A stretch of 64,000 bases of DNA from Phoronis australis (lineage: Eukaryota > Animalia > Phoronida). Positions 13,941 to 26,780 of the stretch are shown here, piece after piece. The DNA is taken from assembly GCA_002633005.1 (NCBI GenBank), contig NMRA01001045.1, forward strand, positions 1 to 64,000. The letters run 5' to 3'. The stretch's first letter is position 1. The number at the start of each line of letters is the position of its first letter. Under the pieces are notes generated by a model. The model made no database searches. It was given only the letters and a program-made list of their open reading frames with translations, and was not told where the DNA came from. The position numbers and the translations under genes are program-made.

Positions 13941-14294
13941 GGCGTGATCGGAAGACACCCCAGTTGGCTGGGAGGTTTCCAGATTGAACTTTATGCTATG
14001 TCATCTAACCCCCACCCGCCTTCAATATATCTGGGTGTACCACAACCCCTATCTGGTGTAAGAACCTCCGATCTGGCTCCAAGCGTTGTTTTTGGAAAGT
14101 ACTTTTGTAGGCACACCAGTATTGGTTTTTCAACAAATCGCGGTTCATTAATGCTAAACCTCCGATTTGTAACGACAGCCCGCCGATTCATCACAATCAA
14201 AGTGACAAGGGCGTCGCAGAGCTTTGAAAGCCACCCACGAATGCACCACAAACGGTGCGCTTCTAGGGTTGTTTATTTGTTCCATAAAAACGGC

Positions 14295-15545
14295 TACTAG
14301 ACAGCTCAATCCATCTGAAAACAGAAACACGCATCGCTTCTTGAATAGAAAACTATTTACTAGATTTCATAAAAATCTGTCAAGAAACCTCAGAAAAACA
14401 AAGGAAAACAGAAAAAAACGAAATTTTAACTAAGGGGCAAACCCTTCATTGGATCCGCCTGAAAGACGTCGCATTCTGTTGTTAGCTTCATATCAATACA
14501 ATTACTAAATTTAATAATGATCCTGCAATGGATTTAATGGATGCAGCTAGGGCCTCAAGACAAAATAAAACTACCACTAGGAGGGGCCACAGTAGTCAAG
14601 TCGTCGTTGTCAACCGTCAAACTGACAACATATACGCCAGTTTTCAAAACCATCCATAGAATAGTTTGGTTAATCAAGGGATGGACGCAAAAAAAATCGG
14701 AACGAAAACAGCCAAAATGGCCACTAGGTGGCGCAAGTCCATTCAAAGTTGGAGGATAGCATAATCTCACCAATAGATGCCTATATTCCGAATTTTCAGA
14801 AAATCCGTTGAGGACCATGGAAGATACAGAGTTAAAGGTAAAATAACTATAATTGCTACTAGGGGGCACGCCGGTAGTCAGATCCGTCCGAAAGTCGTCG
14901 TCGTCCGTTGTCAACAAGATATAAATACACTAGTTAAATTCATTAAAGATCCTGCACACACATTAGGAGATACAGCCATGAACGCAAAAAAACAAAACTG
15001 CCACCAGGGGGTGCCACAGTAGTTGAAGTCGTAAGAAATCCTTCGTTAGCCGTCCTCATCATAGTGAGAATATACATGTACATGCCAATTTTGAAAATAA
15101 TCCTTAGAGTGGTTTGGTTGAAAGAGAGGTGGACCCTAAAACAGTCTTAAAAACAGTAAAAATGGCCACTAGTTGGCGCAAACTACTTGGAATCCATCCG
15201 AAAACGGGAGGGTAGCGTCATCTCATAAATATATGCCTATTTGCCAAATTTTATGAAAATACGTCGAGGACTCTTGAAGACACAGAGGTAATCGTAAAAT
15301 AGTAATATTGCCATTAGAGGGCATTAGAGTCGGATCCGTCCGAATAATCGCTCATGCCGTCCGATTCATGAAAAGGAACAAAATTCCATGAACATAGGTC
15401 AAAGGATTTGGGAGATGCAGCATCCCACGCCGACCCCCTGACGCAGGACGGACGTCGGAATGACGCCGGACGGACACCGGACGGACGGATGGACGTACGG
15501 AGATGATGACATAATGCGTGCAAAGCAGGTGGCTGCACAAACAAT
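14295..15545 (+). mobile_element. HINE-like satellite-bearing element in gene A intron 1
   Basis: ~145-bp units with CCACTAG-core motifs (14575, 14721, ~14857, 15001, 15165, 15311); (GGAC)n microsatellite 15445-15500; terminal hairpin gtgca...tgcac. Confidence 0.7.
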
Positions 15546-16345
15546 CGGGTCGCAACGTGCGCCCGTTTTGTTACAACTGTGCCAAGTCTTTGTAAGAAGT
15601 CGATGCCAATCAGCGCCCATCAATATTAAAGACCGTTACAACAGTAAAGGCCACTTCCAAAGTTACACGAACGTCGACGTCGTCGGTAAGTAAAACCAAG
15701 CCATGTTAATGCCAGTCGGCAAGTTCAAGACAAACGTTGTTGTTAACTATGAATCCTCCTAATTAAGAGAATACCGTGACGCTCCCTTCAAGTACTTGAG
15801 ATTAGGGGCACTGAGCCCTTTTACATCGTCTACACCTTTATCATGCAACATACATGTTCAACACAAAATCATAAACAAGTCACAATACACTGGCGGTTCA
15901 GATCCTTACTCTTCGCTAATTTACCCACACCCAAAATTTTGGACTAGTGAAATTTCATTTCAAGAAAAACTTCACAAAGAGTGAGACATGTTAATCTATT
16001 AATATATATTAAGCATTTTAGGCGATCCAGATGACATGAAAAAACGCACGGTTAAGCATTCATTATAAACAGCATCCTAAGAGGAATATAAAATTTCTGC
16101 AATTGTTTTTGTGCGAACTACAGTAAGTAAAGAATTCCCGTAAAACAAATTTGCATATACTATTCGGTGCATAACGCAAAAATGACACCCAGGTAAACCC
16201 GGAAATTCTAAAGACCCCTTACGATCTGGAATAGATTTGCAAACATAATCAACCAACCTACATGTTGGAAGGTTTGCTCTTCATTAGGGACGAATGAGCT
16301 CGGAGTCCGGGCGAATGTGTACTTAGAACATTTTGTGATACTTAC

Positions 16346-16439
16346 CAGCAGCAGAAACTAGTAACACAAATGTCACAAACCTACAGAAACAAAACTGAAG
16401 GAATGGCACTGCGCCTCTCAATTCAACTAAATTTTCCAT
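16346..16439 (-). CDS. Kringle-PAN gene A, coding exon 1 (signal peptide)
   Basis: aaaATGg at 16439; MENLVELRGAVPFLQFCFCRFVTFVLLVSAA with a hydrophobic core ending in small residues; 94 nt, phase-1 donor G|GTAAGT at 16345, in frame with the phase-1 kringle exon. Confidence 0.8.
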
Positions 16440-16736
16440 TTTGTCAGCTTTGAAATAGTCATAACCATCAGACCCTGCGTCTTTCGATCATTAACACGAA
16501 AGGACTTCTATTGAATGCTAAATGAAGTGTAACCTAGTTTATGTAGGCGTTACTTCTCGTGATGTATATGTAAGCACTTCATAGAATATTCTAGTACAGA
16601 GTTCATGAATATTTATTTCTCACTACATTGCTAACTTATCTCATACGACGCTTTGTTGGTTCAAGCGCACTAGATGCTTGTACGACTTTGGTTTCATTCG
16701 TCATCCCTTGGAGGTTTTGTGTTGCTGCGGCTTTTA

Positions 16737-17520
16737 CTATTTATTATTATTATTATTATTTATTAATGTAATATTTACAATGAGGGTAGCCCCATCAGTT
16801 CACACTGCTTTCCATGGGGGCCCTCAGTAAAAACGAACAGATAGTAAGACAAAAACAGAATTACAAAATGAAAGACAAATTTAAGTAATAAGCAAAGAAT
16901 AAGAAATTAACATGGTAAGACTGATGAAGCAAAATAAAAAATAAAATATGATAAATAAAAGACAAAGAAATTAAGACAGCATATTTAACTAAAAAATAAA
17001 AAATTAAAACTGACAATAAATAATTCATAAAAGTAAGACATTATATAAATAACAAATGAATAAACATGCAATTCTTAGACACTACATGGAGTTAAATCTA
17101 TTTCTTATAATTCTTTTAAAGGTTAGAAAGGATGATGTAGATTTGGCATCTGCAGGGAGAGTTCCATAAAAAGGGCCCGCTGTAGGAAAATGATTTTTCC
17201 CAGTCTCGCCTCTGCGTTTAGGAAGATTGAAATCAGATGATGATGAGGAATTAGTATTGTAGCGATTAGTAGTTATCTTAAACTTAGCACATAAGTAAGA
17301 TGGGACAAGACCTTTAAAACATTTGTACATACAACAAGCAGATAGGAATTGATGTCTTGTGTGAATATTCATTATATCAGTCTCTTTATGAAGATTTTCG
17401 ATACATATAGCTTTAACATCAGCTCCCAGAATAATCCGGGCCGCCCTATTTTGGATAACCTGGATGGTTTTCATATCCTTACTGTGTCTCTTTTCCCACA
17501 TGAGGCTATTCTCTAAGTGT
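16737..17520 (-). mobile_element. L2/Crack-like LINE 3' end
   Basis: IQNRAARIILG...MYKCFKGLVPSYL...FNLPK motif; AT-rich 3'UTR, AATAAA at 16759-16764 and a (TAA)n tail. Confidence 0.8.
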
Positions 17521-18469
17521 GTTTGTGTGAGATTTTTTGATACTGACCATTAAGGTACTGTACACCTGTAGGTGTAACGAGGTAATTTTTGATTTACTGT
17601 GATGGGACGGGCTCTTGCACGTTAGCGCGAATCACTATTCATATTTTGAAGTCCATTCTGACGTCTACTTGAAGCTATTTGTTGGCTAGTCGTTGATAGG
17701 CAAATATCCATGCGGGTTCAAAGAAAGACGTTAACAGTAACAAAAACACAGTTATCATTTGAGAACAAAACACATGAAAAACAAGATTGTTGTAAATCCA
17801 GATGGATAGATGACGTCGGAAAAGAATACAAGCTGCACGGTCACGAAAAGTCACAGTTTGAGTGGCATATTGGTACCAGTGCTCAAGTACCGCATAAAAT
17901 TTACGGGGACAGCTGCTGTGAACAGAAGAAATAATGCTCTGAGAATTGTCTGCGAACTGGTCTTGCCCTTACAGGTATGTTTAACTGTTTTCGGCCAGAT
18001 AGAATATTTTCTGAAGCTGATAAACATACTATAACCATATGGATTCTCTACCGAGGAACAGGGTGCATTAAAAGTTGATCATAGTAGAAACTGAAAACTG
18101 GCAAATCAGAACCTCTTTCAGTAAATGTTGTGTCTGCCTATGGCGTTCTTGATAGTGTTATTATTCGTTCTGGCACACACAATGATGTGGCGTAGTCTCT
18201 ACAACCTTGTCCTGAATAGTCAAATTACGTATGTTCCTTTAAAGAATGCATGTCTGGTGGTTGGTCTAAAGTTATTAAGCCAGGTATGTTTGAAGACATC
18301 ATTCATCACTTCTGGGTTTACATCCGCCTACACATCTACAAAAGTTTGTACGGAGCTTACTTAAACATTTGAGATTCTGCAATTCACCCACAAGCTAATC
18401 CGAACGCTCGAAAAACAATCACAATCTACTAACTATGCATACACAAGCATGACCGCTAACCTATGACCC

Positions 18470-18740
18470 TGATGATCTAAACCTGTTGGTGGTAATGGAA
18501 TCTCCAATGAAAGAGCGAGCCGTGGTTGATAATGGCAAGACAGTGGAGAACCGAAAGGACATTGTTCCAGAAATCCTTGCTGCCCAAGCATGAAACTTTC
18601 TGGGTTCAACACTATTGCTTGTTCTTATGGAATCGGAAAGAGTTCGGAAAGTTGTAAAAAGTTGCCACTCCATAAACAGCCTCGTTTTGACTGCCTGCTT
18701 CAGTTGTAAAGAGGTCAATAATGAAGATGTGTCCTTTGTT
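18470..18740 (+). mobile_element. Academ (XPG-like domain) fragment
   Basis: VMESPMKERAVVD.GKTV...DIVPEILAA.A LSG.NT....GIGK is a degenerate HALSGCDT..GIGK motif. Confidence 0.55.
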
Positions 18741-20265
18741 ATGAACTTAATATATTTGCTTAAATCCTAGTCAGTCTCTACGGTGGCTTAATATAGACTC
18801 GCTTGAACTCTACATACAGTCTCCTATCTTCCTGAATGTTATTGTGCAGCCAATCAAATGTCTGTCGGAGATTTACTACACATCTGCTCGCCGGAAGATA
18901 GGAAATTATATAGAGAGTGCGACTGACTAGATGTAGATATTAAGCTGTCCAAAAAGTGCCGTGTGACTTCAACCAGCATTGTGTCATGTTTTAAATTTTA
19001 ATGAACAGAACAGTGGTTGATTATGAACTCCCCAGTCTTAACTCACACGTCAGTATTGCCTTTCCCTCACTTTTTAACCCCATCCTGGGATGTGAATTGC
19101 CAGTCCCTATTTTTCTGTGGCTCTATCGGTTTGTGCTAACATTGCCTAAACTTTTGTATTAGTTTGCATAAATTATCAACATTCTCTGTATAGAAACATG
19201 AACTTACGCAATAATGTGCAAATGCAACTAATTGATACTTAAATCCGCGTGCAACGTAAATAGTGGAGGTCATATTTATTTCATTGCAGCATGCGATGTT
19301 TGTTTCCTTTTTCAGCATTTTGTGAAATGAGTGTTTCTCATGTTGCAACATATAGGTAGTGTAGGGCTCATTGCTCCTTCTCTACTCAGTACAGTATCAC
19401 CTGTGTACTTTTTTGGTTACGGTTTCCTACCGTAATATATCATTCTCCACTATAATGACAAGCTAAGACCTTGGCAATTTATCTCAACTATAGATATTGG
19501 TTTAAACAATGTGCCAGAGAAAAATCAAGTTTTGATGTAGGTATGGTCAATAGTGTCCCGTTGCAATCATAACACAAGTCCCTAGTCGATGCCCGACCTT
19601 AACGGTGTTTTTCTTATTTTGCCGGCCAACATTTTAGCTTGAATGCATTACACACCACCTTAATTATTTTTGTGTCCCTAAAGATTACGAGTATTTGTAC
19701 TGTCTTTTTGTACATTGTTTTTGTACAGTTTCAATATCTTAGATAGTGTTTAGTGAAAACCTATTGGAACACCTGAAAAATTGTCCCCCGAGGCGCGCTA
19801 GCCACATACTGAACTATAAACATTGCAATTAATCTATCTGCCATTCTCTACTCGCCTAGGCTTTGAATCTAATTTCTATGTCAGAGGTTCGCGGTCGGAA
19901 GTCGTGACCTTTTAAAAAACGTGGAGTCATTCTTGTTAAAATAATGAGTTTTAAGCAAATAGTCTAGCTTACTACACATCGTATCATGATTATCATCCAC
20001 CGTGGAAATATCGTCTGCTAAAATAGGTTACTACTGTTTACTAAGTATACATGTAATGTCTAAAGGTTTCCCACGACATTTTACCTACATCTAAACTGAA
20101 GATCGGTGATTTACAAGTTAGAGCAAATGACAGATACATTTTATTCAATTAAAGGTGTTGTTTTTTTGAAATTGTACGTCTTATTTTTCACAATGTATAA
20201 ATACACAAAACGTACAAAAAGTGGTGTAGATAAAATAATATCCTACGAGAATAATGTCGTGTGGG

Positions 20266-20432
20266 TTATTACTCTGCGCGTGTGAGCGCAGAGTACTGTT
20301 GTTCCTGGGTTTTCTTCAATTTTATTACTCTGCGCGTGTAAGTGCAGAGTACTGTTGTTCCTGGGTTTTCTTCAATTTTATTACTCTGCGCGTGTAAGCA
20401 CAGAGTACTGTTGTTCCTGGGTTTTCTTCAAT
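20266..20432. repeat. Three tandem 56-bp units, each with a hairpin (HINE/Helentron terminus), followed by (TTCTTA)n
   Basis: Unit ttattactctgcgcgtgt(g/a)ag(c/t)(g/a)cagagtactgttgttcctgggttttcttcaatt starts at 20266, 20322 and 20378. Confidence 0.85.
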
Positions 20433-21032
20433 TGTATTCCTCTTATTCTTATTCTTATTCTTATACTTCTTCCGACAAACTTCGAGGCTTAATATCTCCA
20501 AAATGGGTGCAGGTACGTTCTTTAAATTCAGCATATGAGTTTTGACAGTACATTAATTTTGATTCGTTATAAAATAGTATTCCATTTTGCACCGGAAGAG
20601 GTCGTTTGGTGCAAAGGTCATATAATTTTCAAAATGCTACTCCTCCTTCAGTTTTTTAAGCTATCATTTTCAAATTCGGTGCACAGGTATAAGTCAACAC
20701 GACAACTTAAAAAAATACTTTTCTAAGTAATCGAATGTAACGATTTATTACTTAAAAAGAGATAACAAATATGAAAACAACGATAACTTTGCACATCTCC
20801 TGAAAATAGTTGTTAACAACAATAGTTGATGTTGTAGTTACCGAGGAATCGGCGCCTGATTTGCAGATGATACAATATTTAGTAATTGAAAACTGAGATA
20901 GAACTGTCCTGTAATTAATATTACTATCTATTCCAGCTACAACGATTGGGATCTGATTAAATGTTGAGTGGTATTTACACTGCTGCAACTGTATTACTTT
21001 AAACTATTTTCCGAAAATTTGATGATCGAACC

Positions 21033-22470
21033 AGTAGACCAATGAGGGAATGGAGGTCGCGAAGAGTAACCTTGTGGCGCTTCTGGAAGTCGAGGAGGAG
21101 GTTGGAAGCTCTATCCACCTTGTCCTGTGGGAGAGAAGCTGTCATGGTGGCAGAGTCGAGGTGGATGTCAAATGGTGATGGACGTGGTCAGCTGAATTGT
21201 CTTGTCGTGGTTGATAGGGATGCCTAGGGAGTCGCAGAGTGATATGAATGCGGCGAGGTCCCGGGAGCATGTCGGCGAGGAAGGGGGGGGGGCGCAAAAA
21301 AGAAGTCATCGAGGTAGTGCGAAACGCCGGTGACCTTCAACTTGGTTTCCTGGATCCATTGAATCGCAGAACTGACCTTCTCCAAGATGTTGCAGCTGGA
21401 GGCACAGCCAAATGGCAGGCACCTGTCGTAGTAGAAGTTGTTGGCCCGGGAGAGACCTAAGAGGTGGTTGTCGTCAGGGTGCACCGGTACGATGCGAAAA
21501 GCGTCCTTGATGTCAGTCTTAGCCATGAAGGAGTGGCGCCCAAATCGTTGAACCAGGCGGATAGCGTCCGTGATGGATTGGTACTGGACTTGGGAGAACT
21601 GAGTGGGTATGAGGGAATTAACTGAGTTAGAGTAACGAGATGGATATGACAAGTTAAGAATGTGACGGTATTGTAAGGCCCCCTGCGGGCAAACCGCCGA
21701 AATAGCATTGAGCGAGCGAGGTATTATAAAATTTGAAAGAAGAGGTACAATCCCTTGGAGGGATAGAAGATTAACTAGGGGTTGCGTAAGCCAGAAAAAG
21801 AGAAAAACCTCCAAGTAACCGCCGAAATAATGTATAGTTGGCAGGGATTAAGCCCTCCTGAGGTCAAACCGCCGAAAGTGAAAGAATTGTGAATATGGGG
21901 ATATAATAATCCCATGAGGAGCAAAGAACCCCGTTGAGAAAATACCGCCGAAAGGAGTGATTATGACATCGCATTATAAGGCACCCTGTAAGAAGCAAAC
22001 CGCCGAAAATGAATATTTAGAACGAGATGTAAGGTAGGAGCCCAGGATATAAAACGATACAAAAAGGTACCAGGAATAACTGAAAGGAAAGGGAGGACGA
22101 GGGAAGTGGGGTGGGGCGGGATTACATGGTGAGAAGGCCCAGTTCGCCAAGGTGGTGACCAATGGCCACGTAAATGCTGAAGGCGCTTTTATGAAGGCCT
22201 CAGTGGTTAAAGTGGATCCCGTGCGCGCGGTAGAGGTGGTTGGGGTTAGCCCAGAAACCTCCCATGTGAGTCAAAAAATAAATGTGTGGCTCTTGGGACA
22301 CGAGAGATTTAAGGGATGAGTTGAAGGCGAGAAGGCGAGAACGAAAGCTTCTCCCTGCGTGTAATCGGTGAAACGCCTGTCCGGCTAGGACACGACGGAC
22401 GTCGTAGGCAATTGATCTATCGCCAGGATTATGACGGACGGCTTAATTAACCAATCAGAACGCAGCATTC
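21033..22470 (-). mobile_element. Ngaro-type tyrosine-recombinase retrotransposon: RT fragment plus non-coding repeat region
   Basis: YRHILNLSYP..SVNSLIP...MAKTDIKDAFRIVPVHPDD..LLG...YYDRCLPFGCASSC..FE/LE...HYLDDFFF is characteristic Ngaro/DIRS RT. Confidence 0.85.
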
Positions 22471-22576
22471 TTGGCACACCTTCGTCTGCATTTCCAAACC
22501 GCCATTTTACCCGACAAACCACACGTAGTCGAGTTAAACTTACTAGTTTATAGCTCAAGAAATTGTCCGCTAAGAA

Positions 22577-22790
22577 TTGGGAAACGGTGTTGATATGGCA
22601 TGTGTAGCACCGACAGCCGTTATGCTGCTCCAGAATAATATCCCGTCATTTTTGGCATGTCCTAAGCCGAAAAATGATGTTGAAAAGCGTAAACTATGGA
22701 TCAAACTGTACGGCCACAAGAGCAGCTGAATTTAGAGATGTTGCTTGATAACTGGAAGGCTATAATAAACACAAATATATTAGTTCCAAG
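22577..22790 (+). pseudogene. Decayed THAP zinc finger of a DNA transposon
   Basis: GKRC*YGMCSTDSRY...PKPKNDVEKRKLWIKL...QLN...KYISSK resembles the THAP C2CH pattern; contains stops. Confidence 0.6.
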
Positions 22791-24469
22791 ATACGCACTT
22801 TTCAGCTTGGTGGCTATGGTGCAGGACTATCTCAGATTTTGACTCCCGAGTTTCCTATGTCTGGCTGCCTTTGTTTCGGCACCTGCTGGATCTCAGCACT
22901 CTAGCGGTAGTCCCCGGAAATTCTTGTTTTCAAGGACATTTTTATTTTATGTTCTTTTTTTATTTATTTCAACCTAATGGACATTATTTTGTTTCGTGTC
23001 AGGGGTACATTTTTGTTATTCATAAACCGTAGGCTGGCGTTCAACTGAACTTCTCTCCCGGTCAAAATTCAATCGGCACAGGGAAGGGCACTGGATTACT
23101 GCCGGAACTCAAAGCCTTGGTTGAGCTGTTGTCACTAAAAATAAACTGTTGAATTACTTTTTGACGCGTACCTCTAGTATACACTGTGTCTGTAGCCTCG
23201 GAGTTAGAGAGAGCTCATTTTGAAGTTGTTCAAACATGATATTTCGATTTATGAAGCTATAAAAAAGAATTTGAGTTATTTTTGTAAATGCCCTATTTTT
23301 GCAACTACCACACCAGACTTGTAATCTTTTGTAACCATACCACGACTTAGCGATCATGCTACATGTACCTTCAAAATTAAATGAAAGCTTCCTTTATGGA
23401 AAGAAACTACAAAAAATGCCAAGTTCATAAGAAGGTAGGCCCAATGTAAATGTCTTAATGGTGCAAACGGACAATTCCATGGGCTGCCGCAAGCAAAATG
23501 AAACAGCAAGAGCATGAAGCGTGAGGAAATATTGAGTTCAGTAACTAGGACCGGTAGCGGAAGAGGGAGGCTCAGACCCCAGATCGCAGCGAATCGTGTT
23601 CCTGTATTTTTCAGTCCACTGGTAGATTTTTTGAACAGAAGGTCCAACGGTCTTCATTCTTGGCCCCTGCAACTTTCGGGCCGCCTGTGCACATACAATC
23701 GCACTTTGCCCAATTCCACGAGGCAACATATGTTGGGCCCCCTTGTGGTTTCCTACATCCGCCATTGAATTCCAGACATTAATTTGACTTAGACACAGCC
23801 CTAGACCTACCGGAGCTAACTGTTTGCCAAAGACGAGATGAGTGTGTACCTGAGCTATGAATCTGAATTTTATTTTTTTATCAAAATATTTCGTTACAAG
23901 ATTAGAAAACCGTAAACAGTGCTATCGAATCGACCTAGTCAGAGACTATAATGCATGTGTTGTCTGTTATCTATAACCTACTCTACTCCAGGAGTACCAC
24001 CAGTTGTGACCTACTTTTCGTTTGGCGAAACTTAGCAGTCGACAGAATAAAAATATCGGTGAATCTTCACTGATTTTATTCGAAAGATCATGAAATCTAT
24101 GGAATCGTACAGATAATTCGTCTTTAAGGTACATACCCAGCTTTACATATCGTATCAGTGGCTCTGTCATTTGTCAGGTGAAGGTGGCCCGAGCCCGAGG
24201 CGGCCGAGGGGTTCTTCGGATTTTCGCTAGCTGTTCGAGCACTTATTTTTTCCTCGTCACCTTTACAAATTTCCATATCATGAACGTAAGTTTCTCTGTT
24301 GAAAAATATCGCCTCTTGTAGTTTTCAAATAGTGCAAACACTCATCGATTCCACCAGGAACGTCGTTTAGCGACAGTGTATTTGCCTCTAACATCTCGTT
24401 CGATTGTCGGGTATCACGTGACTTTTTGCATAGGGGCGGAGCTTGCACTAGGTCAATTAACAAAAAAAG

Positions 24470-24761
24470 ATGGAAAGAAACAAGGTGCGAGGCCAAGGCA
24501 TGGGCTTCGATGGAGGTGGAGTGGAGGTCATTCCCTCCGATCTGGAGAAAAACGAGGTTGGGAGGGGAACGAAGAAGGGAACGGGTGGCCGGTTGGATGG
24601 TCTTCGGGCCGAGAAGAAGGGTCCCGCCCGAGATGCCTAGGGACGAAATGGTGACCAGGGAAGGTCGGAAGCCGTAGTTTTGGAGGTAGCGGGCCTGTGG
24701 ACACGAAGTTGTGCAGCCAAAGAACGTACGAACTGCCAAGGATGAGAACATGGGGCGACAT
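24470..24761 (-). mobile_element. SGNH/GDSL hydrolase ORF fragment, typical Ngaro accessory ORF
   Basis: VLILGSS (block I), GISGG (block II) and VFLQIGGND (block III), split across a frameshift. Confidence 0.7.
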
Positions 24762-25361
24762 GAGGTATAACGTGGATGAAAAGGTTGATTAAAATCAAAA
24801 ACGTGACTTTCCTCCAAAAGGACGAAGAAAAGCAGGGGAAAGAGAAGTGGCAAAGCGTCGGTTCCACTTTCTCTTTTCTCATATACATTTCCTGTTAGGT
24901 GTTTTCAATTTTTTGTTCATGTTCTGTACTTTTCCTTTAAGCCCTTTAGGCAGTTCTTTTGTTTTGTTCCCTCTTTCAGGGCTATTCATTGTACACGCCG
25001 GTGGGCGTTTTGTCCATGCAAATCTTGCAGAGTCTTAGTTAGTTTTATCTATTTACGTCATAATGAATGACATTGTTCGCAATCCTCCTCTTGTTTTACT
25101 CTGCAACATAGCTCGTGGCGTACCCCGGGCAAAATAGTTTACGATAAAAACTATTTTCCGAAAGTTTGATGATCGAACCGGCTAATGACGTCCAGTAGTG
25201 CGGGAGGTGAATACGGAAAATATTATTACATAGCCGTATTGCACTCGAATGATTCAACGCATATGGGACAAATATCGATGCAATGCTGTTTGTTGAACAT
25301 GCGATTATTACGTGTCCTCTTTAAAAATTATATTTTCACGCAAGATGACGTCAGCTGCTGA

Positions 25362-25420
25362 CTAGCTCAACCTTAAGGCAACGGCTCTCGAGTGAAGCGC
25401 GTTCGAATCCGACCTCGGGT
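25362..25420 (+). mobile_element. tRNA-derived SINE head (degenerate)
   Basis: A-box-like TAGCTCAA and B-box GTTCGAATCC; no intact cloverleaf. Confidence 0.45.
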
Positions 25421-26716
25421 TCTGCCAAAATGTTGTTCAACCCTGGTCGATTAACGAAATGTGTTATTCAACGTTTGTAATGGCCATGTCAGGCTAATTT
25501 TGTGATATAATGCGTTTTATTTCTCTATTCAAAATTTTTCAAGAAAACTTGTATTGAAAATGTAACAGTTGTATAATTTGGAAAGAACGTAACGCCTTAT
25601 TCATTCAATTTGTGAAAATATGGTTATGTATGACCTTATTGACAAATGAATAGTTGACTTAAAACTAAACTGCCGTTCAGAAACTCTCGTGACTATGATT
25701 TTAGTAAAATTTAGGAATTAATGAAGATACATTCATAGTCAAAATCATTACCAATTACATAACCCAATTTGGTATGATAAAAACGTTCAAAATAAAATCT
25801 TGGAAACTCTTACATATCTTAATGCTATTTTCGTTTTTGTTCTGTGCAACTTTATTTTTTTTCATAAAGATTGTCCAAATTTCTGACAACGCCTAATGCA
25901 AGAGGGACTTCTGTAGAACATTGTATAAAGCATAGTAACTGAACGTTTTATGTGCCGGAATACGATCAGCCATTTCCGAGATACGATGTTACGAAGTATT
26001 CTTGGGTCCAACGTAAACTTACATAATACAAAATAGTTTATGCCATTTATTCATGTTCTTGGTTTAAAGTTTGCCAAAAATAACAACTCAGGAAAATTGC
26101 AACGATATAAGGATATACTGTACTTCAATTGGGGATATCGAGTTCTTTTGCATCGTCTACACGTTCATCTCATCGCTATTTTAATCATATCTTCATGCAA
26201 CACTGCATGAATTACCCTAGAATTGTGCTACTGCCGTCCATTTGCAGTCACCAAACAGTGTGTCCTACAGAACATGCTAAAAGCAAGTCAATGAGGTGAA
26301 AACCTGACTATAGTGTTTCAACTTTACAAACTCGACAAGTGGACACAATTTGGTGGACGAGTGAAGTCCCTTATCTTAAAATTGCGTAAACATTGGGATT
26401 CATTTTAGTTTTTATTAGATTATGCTGTGCAGAAGTCAGAAAACAAATGATGATAAACATTCCTTATTTTAAACGTGATTAAATCACGGAAATTTGTGAA
26501 TTTCAGAATTTCATTGGTGCGAAATAACCGAAGAATTATAGCATATGCCTTGACGCAAACAAGTCATCCAGAAACACGAAATTTGAGTATCCTTGTTACG
26601 ATTAGTAATGGTTTTTGGAAGAGTAACCAGAACAAAAGTTGCAAGATTAGGCTCTTTAGTACCGGCCTGAAACAACTATCCAGTTGTACTTAAACTTCTG
26701 TGATACATATACTTAC

Positions 26717-26780
26717 CAACAACACAAACCAGTGTCATAAATGTTACAATCATCAAAAAATGAAACTCAAGGAATGTCAT
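26717..26780 (-). CDS. Second (orphan or alternative) signal-peptide exon, paralogous to gene A exon 1
   Basis: ATG at 26780; MTFLEFHFLMIVTFMTLVCVV, phase-1 donor G|GTAAGT at 26716. Aligns codon-for-codon with 16346-16439, and about 300 bp of adjacent intron is also homologous. Confidence 0.6.

Noticed and set aside
20266-22010. CRISPR-like arrays (56-bp units; ACCGCCGAAA boxes with spacers)
   Set aside because: Eukaryotic context and no cas genes. The 56-mers have no unique spacers; the boxes are too short and irregularly spaced.
23354-23768. ORFs starting ATGGCG at 23765 as a host gene or second THAP
   Set aside because: No convincing motif or splice structure; lies inside the composite 21-25 kb insert.
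25362-25420. tRNA gene
   Set aside because: A/B boxes only, with no acceptor stem or cloverleaf; treated as a SINE head.
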